A model generated the notes under the pieces. The model had not been told where the DNA came from. It was given only the letters and a program-made list of their open reading frames with translations, and ran no database searches. A stretch of 45,788 bases of DNA. Source: a virus. The position numbers and the translations under genes were made by a program. The stretch's first letter is position 1. Each line of letters begins with the position of its first letter. The stretch lies in IMG/VR virus record IMGVR_UViG_3300038544_000010. One strand, given 5' to 3'. Of the stretch, positions 17,149-23,746 are shown in pieces.

Positions 17149-17678
17149 GTGTTGTGACACGATTAATGATTACAAGCGACCTTCATTTAGGTCATAAAAA
17201 TATTCACAAGTTTCGTAGTGGATTTGAAAGTGCAGAGCATCACCATGAGGTCATGTTTGAAAATTTAGCAATGAACATCCAGAAGCGAGACTCACTAATC
17301 CTACTCGGTGATATTGCATTTGATAAGTTTTGGTTGAAGAAAATCAAATCAATCAAGTGCGCCAAGAAGCTGCTTATCTGTGGAAACCACGACACGGAAA
17401 ACGGGATTAAGATGCGAGACCTTGTTGATGTGTACGATGATGTCATGTCGCTTCATTCTCGCCGCAACTACTGGTTTAGTCATTGCCCTATTCACTCTTC
17501 ACAAATGCGCGGTAAGGTCGGAAATATACACGGACACCTTCACAGTGCAGAGGTTGGTGAATACCTGCCGTCAATCGATGGTAATTCAGATGTGTTTTAT
17601 CGAGACCCTAGATACCTAAATGCATGTGTTGAGCATACCAATTATATACCTGTTAGCTTTGCTGACTTGGTAAAATAA
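17145..17678 (+). CDS. Calcineurin-like metallophosphoesterase
   Basis: Motifs SDLHLGH, LLGDIAFD, CGNHD and HGHLH. GTG start (alternative ATG at 17166). Confidence 0.75.
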   Translation: MSVVTRLMITSDLHLGHKNIHKFRSGFESAEHHHEVMFENLAMNIQKRDSLILLGDIAFDKFWLKKIKSIKCAKKLLICGNHDTENGIKMRDLVDVYDDVMSLHSRRNYWFSHCPIHSSQMRGKVGNIHGHLHSAEVGEYLPSIDGNSDVFYRDPRYLNACVEHTNYIPVSFADLVK

Positions 17679-17684
17679 ATAAAA

Positions 17685-17710
17685 CAAAGCCCCATAACGG
17701 GGCTTTTTGG
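17685..17710. terminator. Bidirectional intrinsic terminator
   Basis: AAGCCCC-ataac-GGGGCTTTTT between convergent genes. Confidence 0.8.
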
Positions 17711-17712
17711 TT

Positions 17713-19761
17713 TTAGTCATCAATTCTGTCATACGACACGGTTAACGGGTTTATTGCTGAGCATAGTATCGATATTGGGTCGAAGTTGTTACCGATACGC
17801 AACTGCATTGTTTGTGCTGTTGTTAGGCGGATGGTCCTAGACATAGTGACTTTTTGCGGTATTTGATTGTTATCAAACACAACTCGAGTACCAACCACGT
17901 TGGCGCGGTCTGATATGTCACCAAACCCCGCGCGGTTCATCATCACATCAACGTGTGAAGAGGCTGCGCCGCTTTCACGCTGCACCCAGAATTCAATGGT
18001 TACTCTGTACAATCCGTTTGATGGTACGCCGTAAATCGATCCAGACAAGTTTGGTGTGATATTGGCGCCATCAACAATTGCGTTCTCAAAACCATCAAAG
18101 TTAACACCGCCAAGACCAGCACCAGCAGGTAGATTAAATGCGCTTGAGCGGTACAGCCTTACTGTTGAGGTTTTGAGTCTTGATGTTAACTGATTACCAT
18201 CTTTATCAAGAATTGCACCATCAGAGCGAAGCGACATGATTCTAGGGATATTGTTACCTTCGGAAGACCCGCTAGTGTGCGATAAATGAAAATCAACCTG
18301 CGTCCTAGCATCAGTTGTTACGTTCGCATATCGTGATATGTAAGCCGCAAAGATATTACCCCACGCTTGACCATCAACACCCCCTCTCATAGCAACAAAT
18401 ATCGGCTCAGGAGGTAAAGGAGTATTGCCGCCGTTATTAGTCGTAACATTTGAGACAACCGGGCAATCAAGGTCATCCGTAAAGTTGGATGTGCTATTTG
18501 GTTTTTGGTTTGCCTGAATCACGCCTCGCCTTGTTGTGGTGTTACCAGCAGCAACAAAAGTACCATTATCATCAACCGTTACGCCGCCAAGTCTTGTTGA
18601 TTTACCAGTAACGTTACGGATTTCTAGGTCTTTATCAACAGATTCAATAACAGTGGTATCGACATCGGCAATAAACGCCTTAACACCTGACTCTTTTAAT
18701 ACCTTGCCCGAAGCATCGGCGGCACTTAGTATTTCATCCTGAACGCTTGAGGCCGCGCCAATAACATCACCACCACCGCCGGATCCGCCAGCAGAGCCGC
18801 CAGCCAACCCAGAGCCAAACTTAGCACCTCCAAGGAACTTAGCTTGCGCTGGGTCGCTTAAGTCAGTTGCAGCAGCTTGAACGGCGATTCGACCAACTAG
18901 TAGGGCATTACGTGCGTAAATATCTGGAACTTGAATGCCATCATCAGCACCAGCAGCCACAGCGTCGGCAAGTGTGTTGTATACGGTCTGACCGTACATT
19001 ACAACTACCGAAACGTTAGGCGACGGTAGCAAGAACACATATTTAATCGTGGCTTTGTTGGCTCCGCCGACAGGTGCTAGAAGTCCAGAACCGTTATCGT
19101 AGAAATCTGGGTCAATTACATTGCCGCCAGAGTTCAATAATGTGTTAGTTGTACCGAGCAATCTGTCAAAAACGAGTGGTGATTGGCCGTTTATCTCGGT
19201 TAAGTTTTGTGGGCGGTTGGTGTTTTGTGATCCAGCGCCGGAAGCATGAATAATACCAGAAGACATATTCAACTGCATGTTAGAACCATTTGGCGATACA
19301 TTTAAACCACTACAGCGAATCGTACCAAGACACGCCAACAGGTCAAAGAATTGCTGAATAGGCTCGGCGTTTGACAACACAAACGGTGTGGCAGATACCA
19401 ACTCACCACTCTCAATAGTGAACGCCCCAAACGTCAAATAATCACGACGAGTTGCAGCGTTATAGCTGTCATTTGGTATTTGTGAGAATGTACCGGTATC
19501 ATCACAAATTAGGATAAATAGACCATCAGTCGTTAGAACTGGATTGTAGATACCATCAACCCAATCAACTCGAGTTACTGTGTCACCGTCCGGATTAGTG
19601 GCATCAACAATATCACCAAAACCTTCCGTGTATTCTAGCTCGGTTGGTGATATTACAGAGATAATGCCACCGCGAGAAATACCCGTGCCGTTTAGAGATT
19701 GGTCTTTAGTTGGCGCGTCGGGAGTTCCACCGCCTGCACCTGCTTTACTACCAAAAGGCAT
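17713..19761 (-). CDS. Large Gly/Asn/Thr-rich protein (682 aa), fibre- or spike-like; function unassigned
   Basis: Long ORF with Gly-rich stretches (GSKAGAGGGTP; GGSAGGSGGGGD). No enzymatic motif recognised. Antisense to the tail module. Confidence 0.35.
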   Translation of the reverse strand: MPFGSKAGAGGGTPDAPTKDQSLNGTGISRGGIISVISPTELEYTEGFGDIVDATNPDGDTVTRVDWVDGIYNPVLTTDGLFILICDDTGTFSQIPNDSYNAATRRDYLTFGAFTIESGELVSATPFVLSNAEPIQQFFDLLACLGTIRCSGLNVSPNGSNMQLNMSSGIIHASGAGSQNTNRPQNLTEINGQSPLVFDRLLGTTNTLLNSGGNVIDPDFYDNGSGLLAPVGGANKATIKYVFLLPSPNVSVVVMYGQTVYNTLADAVAAGADDGIQVPDIYARNALLVGRIAVQAAATDLSDPAQAKFLGGAKFGSGLAGGSAGGSGGGGDVIGAASSVQDEILSAADASGKVLKESGVKAFIADVDTTVIESVDKDLEIRNVTGKSTRLGGVTVDDNGTFVAAGNTTTRRGVIQANQKPNSTSNFTDDLDCPVVSNVTTNNGGNTPLPPEPIFVAMRGGVDGQAWGNIFAAYISRYANVTTDARTQVDFHLSHTSGSSEGNNIPRIMSLRSDGAILDKDGNQLTSRLKTSTVRLYRSSAFNLPAGAGLGGVNFDGFENAIVDGANITPNLSGSIYGVPSNGLYRVTIEFWVQRESGAASSHVDVMMNRAGFGDISDRANVVGTRVVFDNNQIPQKVTMSRTIRLTTAQTMQLRIGNNFDPISILCSAINPLTVSYDRIDD

Positions 19762-19770
19762 AAATCCCCC

Positions 19771-20067
19771 TTACGCTGCTGGCGTTACAGTAATTAATTG
19801 ATTGCCGCCAGAAGAGGCAGCCCAGATAGCGACTGCAGAATAGTAATCCTCAAGCTGACCTTGGCTTAAGGTCATACTTACAGGACTATCTTTAAATCGA
19901 TTGATGTTATTTGGATCGAAAACTGGTTTCGTTGCCGACTCGACAAAAATCACACTATTGCCAGTGCCAGATTCGCCCCCTTGGTGATAAATAGATCCGT
20001 CCGTCCCTGCGCCTGTTAGCTCAATAAAGTCATTGTCTGGAACGGTGAATTGAATTGCTTGTGCCAT
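19771..20067 (-). CDS. Hypothetical protein (98 aa) coupled to the 682-aa gene
   Basis: The ORF is open to 20163. The ATG at 20067 (MAQAIQFTVPDN...) follows a GGGGG-rich RBS. Ends 9 nt before the next start. Confidence 0.5.
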   Translation of the reverse strand: MAQAIQFTVPDNDFIELTGAGTDGSIYHQGGESGTGNSVIFVESATKPVFDPNNINRFKDSPVSMTLSQGQLEDYYSAVAIWAASSGGNQLITVTPAA

Positions 20068-20204
20068 AAAAAAGCCCCCAATAAAAAGATTTATAGTGGG
20101 GGCGTAACTTTTTGCAAGTGGGGCTAGGTGGGGAAGGTGGCGCATCCATGGCTGCGCTACCAATTGCTACACCCCCACAGATGTAACTTGGTCATTATAG
20201 CGCA

Positions 20205-20471
20205 TTACTGTTTCGTGGTAAATTGCCCGAAGTGAGATCGCTTTGCTGCGTCAGATAGTTGCTGTTTCTTTTCTGGCGTTATGTTTGGGATTGTCGTGTA
20301 GTTAACTCCGTGCAATTCATAGTCGCCATTTTCTAGCGCAAGTCGGTTTTCGGCATCTTCAATGCGCTGGCGTAGTTCAAGCTTGCATTCTGCTGGCTTT
20401 ACTGCTTCTGGCTCTATTCCGCGCATGTGGCAGATTGCTTGTGTTGCTTCTTGGATTTGTTGTGGGGTCAT
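20205..20471 (-). CDS. Hypothetical protein (88 aa)
   Basis: ORF overlapping the upstream gene stop. Confidence 0.55.
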   Translation of the reverse strand: MTPQQIQEATQAICHMRGIEPEAVKPAECKLELRQRIEDAENRLALENGDYELHGVNYTTIPNITPEKKQQLSDAAKRSHFGQFTTKQ

Positions 20472-20842
20472 TTTAGTAGCTCCGGATTTTGGTGGATGTT
20501 GCCGATTACTTCCATTGATTCAACGGTAGCCCAGCCGATTGCAATGTAGTCAAATTCGCAATGCTCAACATCAACGCATAGTGCGCCACCATCGAAGTAG
20601 ACTTTAGACTTCCAAGGCACGTCATCACCATCGTCAAGCAATACAATATCACCCTCATAAATCTCAACGCCGTTACGGTCTTTTAGTCCGGTGTATTGCT
20701 CTGTGGTCATATTCCTGTCGTTAGGGATCGCTCCTTTTATGCACTTTCCGGAATTTGACTCCGTGTACCAGTTCCTATCGTGAATTCCACGAAACATAAA
20801 TCGATCACCGTCCCACGCTCTAAACTTAATCTCTCTATTCAT
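20468..20842 (-). CDS. YopX-family protein
   Basis: REIKFRAWDG..., YTGLKDRNGVEIYEGDIV and VIGNIHQNPELL are typical YopX motifs. Confidence 0.7.
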   Translation of the reverse strand: MNREIKFRAWDGDRFMFRGIHDRNWYTESNSGKCIKGAIPNDRNMTTEQYTGLKDRNGVEIYEGDIVLLDDGDDVPWKSKVYFDGGALCVDVEHCEFDYIAIGWATVESMEVIGNIHQNPELLK

Positions 20843-20874
20843 TTCATCATCCTATTTATTAATTAAACACCCAA

Positions 20875-20903
20875 AACATACAACATTACACAACCCTATG
20901 CAA
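20875..20903 (-). promoter_or_regulatory. Sigma70-like promoter for the - strand YopX/fibre-like operon
   Basis: On the - strand: TTGCAT (20903-20898), 17 nt, TATGTT (20880-20875), followed at once by TTGGGTGTTTAA. Confidence 0.45.
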
Positions 20904-20915
20904 ATGCTTTATAAT
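20886..20915 (+). promoter_or_regulatory. Candidate promoter restarting the tail module
   Basis: TTACAC (20886-20891), 18 nt, TATAAT (20910-20915). Confidence 0.4.
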
Positions 20916-20988
20916 AGTTTTGCTGCGTCGGCATCATCCTAGCCCACGGCCAATTCCGGTGGCGCAGCTTTAATAGGATGAGAATCAC

Positions 20989-21189
20989 ATGAAAGAGACA
21001 GAAATTACAGAGCTTGCTATAGCCAAGACCAAAGCAGAAGCAGAGCTAATTAACGCCCTATCCAATGCATTTTCCGCACTTGGTAACTCATACATGCCAA
21101 AGCCAATGGGATATGACCATCAGTCATGCCCTGTCAAAAGGGCGCAAGAAGCAATCGCCAAAAAACTACAACAACTAGCAGAGAAATAA
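20989..21189 (+). CDS. Hypothetical protein (66 aa)
   Basis: ORF directly upstream of the chaperone gene. Confidence 0.5.
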   Translation: MKETEITELAIAKTKAEAELINALSNAFSALGNSYMPKPMGYDHQSCPVKRAQEAIAKKLQQLAEK

Positions 21190-21191
21190 TC

Positions 21192-21599
21192 ATGACCAAA
21201 ATCACACTAGAACAAGCAAAGCTTGAAGTAATTGGCTTTTTACAAGAGCACGACTTAGAAACTGATACCACCACAATGCTTGAAGAAGATGCGAAAGAAT
21301 TTGACGAGCTTCTTACTGCCATTTCTAAGCCGGTCTCAAATGGTCGCGCTGTAATCGATGGTGATAAGTACGTACTAACGCTACGTGAGCCAATTGGTGA
21401 CACAAAAGAAGTAACAATCAAGGGTATGAGTGCGCGTGATATGTTTGCGGCAGATAAGGCCAAGAAAGGCAATGAAATGGCTAAAGCTGGCCACATGATT
21501 GCATCAATGATTGGTCTTACATTTGCAGAGATCAACCGCCTTAGCTCCCAAGACTTCACGTTGCTAAGTCGTTTGTCCAGCCTTTTTATGGTGGTTTAA
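21192..21599 (+). CDS. Tail assembly chaperone (short form; lambda G / P2 E analogue)
   Basis: 135 aa, acidic, immediately upstream of the tape measure gene. The ORF is open from 21126 but the ATG at 21192 follows the upstream stop. Confidence 0.6.
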   Translation: MTKITLEQAKLEVIGFLQEHDLETDTTTMLEEDAKEFDELLTAISKPVSNGRAVIDGDKYVLTLREPIGDTKEVTIKGMSARDMFAADKAKKGNEMAKAGHMIASMIGLTFAEINRLSSQDFTLLSRLSSLFMVV

Positions 21600-21841
21600 C
21601 GACTCTTTACGTAGTTAATGGAGGGGAGCGTAAAAAACTCCCCCTTAATCTAATTAACTTCGAGTACGTTGAACAAAATACACGGATAACCATTCTAAAA
21701 ACGATGTATGCCCAGATTGCTAGAGACTTTGCCAACTGTCCGCGCCCGAACGAAATAGAAGATTGGGAATTATTCTTTTACTATGATCTACTTGTTCCTG
21801 AGTTGGTCAGTATGCAAAAGCAGGCTATGAAAAATGGGTAA
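21192..21841 (+). CDS. Tail assembly chaperone, -1 frameshift fusion (GT / E+E' analogue)
   Basis: The -1 frame is open from 21545 to the TAA at 21839-21841 and has no start codon of its own until 21704. A T5 run (CTTTTTA, 21582-21588) lies in the overlap window. The extension ends overlapping the tape-measure ATG at 21834. Confidence 0.55.
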
Positions 21842-23291
21842 ATACAAAATCAAAACGGTGTTTGAAAGCATCGATAAAATGACCGCACCAGTTAGGAAGA
21901 TGGCTGGTGCGGTCAATCGTTTTACAATATCGGCAGAAAACGGACTGCGAAAGGTTGATAACGCTTTTAATGGCATAAGCTCCACCATCACTAGCGGCAC
22001 AATGAATATTGCCAAATGGGGCGCAGGAATGGCCGCTGCTGGTGTTCTTGCCGCTGGTGTCCTTAACCAGCAACAGCAAGAAGTCGAAAACCTTACTAAT
22101 GCAGTTGGTGCCAATATCCAAACCGTTGAAGCCGTCTCTAGTGCGCTTGCCAATACTGGCTTGAGTGTCGATAACGTGATCGACTTGTACGAAGAGATGA
22201 ATAACAAGCTTGGTGAGTCAAAAGGACTTGAGGAAATCACAGCCGTTAGTGAATCGCTGGCTATATTAGGGCTGCGCTTTACTGACATTAAACACCTCAA
22301 GCCAGAAGAGCAGTTCAAGAAAATCACCAATGCCGCACTGAAAATGGAAGATGCAACCAAGGCACAAGCTGCTGCTGATATTCTGATGGGTGGCGAGGCT
22401 AACAAAGTGCTTGGTGTGCTGCGTCAGCAAGGCAAGTCAATGGAAGATATTATTGGCAACTACCAAATGCTATCTTTCAGAACCGAACGCTCTCGACAAG
22501 GTGCGCGTGATATGGCGCGAGAGCAAACCAAGTCTATCCAGCTATTCCAGTCGATGAGCAAAGAGATTTCTGGATTGGTTGGTGTTCACCTAGTACCACT
22601 AATCGACAAGTTCAACAAGTTCCTAATAGCAAACAAAGAGGTTATTGGACAGTCCATTGATAAATTCTTTGGTGAAATTGCTGCAAGTGTTGGCGATGTT
22701 TCTACGCTGTTCGATCGCGCACTTAACGGACTGAAGAGTTTGCACGCTAATTTCGAGTCAGTGAAAGATTGGGCAGTAACCATTGCAAAAGTCACCGCTG
22801 GCGTTGCTGCGTTAATGGCTGGATTGAATATCTTTATTGGCGTTATGACTGCGGTCAACTTGGTGATGGCTATGAACCCTGCAGTGTGGGTAGTTGCTGG
22901 TATTGCTGCGGCGGTTACTGCTTTAGCTGCGGCTGCGTACACAATTTACGACAATTGGGACGGCATCAAGTCGTACTTTGCAGGGCTGTATGATTACTTT
23001 GCTGACTTGTTTGGCGGCATTGCTGGGCTGTACGAAAGCACAATAGGAAGCGTGGTCAATGACCTTAAAAACGTGAAAAACTTCGTGTTTGGTTCAGACG
23101 ACGAAGAAAGCGACATCAACGTAACACGCAACGTTGCCAATGATGTAGTTATGAGTCCACAGCAACGCCAAGCAATGTACTACGGTAACATGCAGGGCAG
23201 TGTTGACGTTAACGTATATGGTCACAACGGCGTTAAACCTGAGCGTGAGACTTATACGAGTCGATTGCAGTTGGCGACTAGTGGTAGATAA
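21834..23291 (+). CDS. Tail tape measure protein
   Basis: 485 aa, helical, with a hydrophobic Ala/Gly/Val-rich segment (VTAGVAALMAGLNIFIGVMTAV...). Lies after the chaperone pair. Confidence 0.75.
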   Translation: MGKYKIKTVFESIDKMTAPVRKMAGAVNRFTISAENGLRKVDNAFNGISSTITSGTMNIAKWGAGMAAAGVLAAGVLNQQQQEVENLTNAVGANIQTVEAVSSALANTGLSVDNVIDLYEEMNNKLGESKGLEEITAVSESLAILGLRFTDIKHLKPEEQFKKITNAALKMEDATKAQAAADILMGGEANKVLGVLRQQGKSMEDIIGNYQMLSFRTERSRQGARDMAREQTKSIQLFQSMSKEISGLVGVHLVPLIDKFNKFLIANKEVIGQSIDKFFGEIAASVGDVSTLFDRALNGLKSLHANFESVKDWAVTIAKVTAGVAALMAGLNIFIGVMTAVNLVMAMNPAVWVVAGIAAAVTALAAAAYTIYDNWDGIKSYFAGLYDYFADLFGGIAGLYESTIGSVVNDLKNVKNFVFGSDDEESDINVTRNVANDVVMSPQQRQAMYYGNMQGSVDVNVYGHNGVKPERETYTSRLQLATSGR

Positions 23292-23294
23292 GCG

Positions 23295-23323
23295 TTGACA
23301 GCGTGTAATGGTTGGTTTATATT
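23295..23323 (+). promoter_or_regulatory. Near-consensus sigma70 promoter driving the non-coding RNA locus
   Basis: TTGACA (23295-23300), 17-nt spacer, TATATT (23318-23323). Confidence 0.65.
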
Positions 23324-23531
23324 TAATTTGCTGTAGGGCTGTGGCGACACTTCCTTAACAACCGTAGATTAGGATCTTTCGATTCCGCTACAGCACAAAA
23401 GCCCTTGCTCGCTAAGGGTGTTTTGTAGAGTGGTTTGGGTAGGCGATGACAAGCTTAATGCAATCGGATTCGTTTTCCTTATGTCAGGGAAAATCCCTAG
23501 TGATTGCTTAGGGGAAATCACTCCACAAAAT

Positions 23532-23657
23532 TGCGCGGTAAGTATCTCAACGTGAGTACGGATTAAAAGCTGTACGCCTAGAGGACTTCCTCGGTTTGGA
23601 TAGAGTTCGTGCGCTTCGGTGCATTCGTTGTGGGTTCGAATCCCACCCGCGCAGCCA
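23532..23657 (+). ncRNA. tRNA-like module: 7-bp acceptor stem, canonical T arm, discriminator G and encoded CCA; not a canonical tRNA
   Basis: TGCGCGG (23532-23538) pairs perfectly with CCGCGCA (23647-23653). T arm GTGGG-TTCGAAT-CCCAC (23630-23646). G then CCA at 23654-23657. The 91 nt between lack a D arm with GG and lack a 7-nt anticodon loop. Confidence 0.55.
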
Positions 23658-23663
23658 ATTCAC

Positions 23664-23694
23664 AAAAACCCGTCACTATGGCGGGTTTTTCTTT
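23664..23694 (+). terminator. Intrinsic terminator of the ncRNA locus
   Basis: AAACCCGTC-actat-GGCGGGTTTTTCTTT. Confidence 0.75.
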
Positions 23695-23708
23695 ATGCGC
23701 CATTCAAG

Positions 23709-23717
23709 TGTTATAAT
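23709..23717 (+). promoter_or_regulatory. Extended -10 promoter (TGtTATAAT)
   Basis: Exact TGnTATAAT 30 nt upstream of the 23747 start. Confidence 0.5.
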
Positions 23718-23746
23718 CCACCTATCACCATAAAAGGATCATAACC

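Larger units (their letters stand above)
23330..23694 (+). ncRNA. Structured non-coding RNA of unknown family (about 330-360 nt) with a tRNA-like 3' module
   Basis: No ORF of 60 aa or more on either strand across 23292-23746. Promoter and terminator are present, with many hairpins between them (details in findings). Confidence 0.55.

Noticed and set aside
21623-21643. GGGGAG/CTCCCC hairpin as the frameshift stimulator
   Set aside because: It starts about 34 nt after the T-run, much farther than the usual 5-9 nt spacer. It is kept only as a remark in the frameshift finding.
21134-22405. - strand ORFs 21134..21559, 21788..22405 and 21825..22121
   Set aside because: They are antisense to the chaperone and tape measure genes. 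Their Ser/Ala-rich translations are typical of the reverse frame of helical proteins.
23532-23657. Canonical tRNA gene, possibly tRNA-Leu(UAA) or a suppressor read from the AUUAAAAG loop
   Set aside because: The module is 126 nt long, about 50 nt longer than a tRNA. There is no D stem-loop with the conserved GG. The only anticodon-like hairpin has an 8-nt loop. Two extra hairpins, one with a UUCG tetraloop, occupy the core. Only the acceptor and T arms are tRNA-like, so I report it as a tRNA-like module.
23330-23657. tmRNA (ssrA-like)
   Set aside because: The acceptor stem has C3-G70 rather than the G3-U70 alanine identity pair. The 5' acceptor strand lies about 200 nt downstream of the predicted transcription start. 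I found no tag reading frame ending in a hydrophobic (..LAA-like) tail. The best candidate ends ..KALAR*.
23630-23657. attP core (3' end of a host tRNA gene carried for integration)
   Set aside because: No integrase or excisionase gene is present anywhere in the closed genome. A perfectly complementary 5' acceptor strand is also present, which an attP fragment does not need. This cannot be fully excluded without comparing host tRNA genes.
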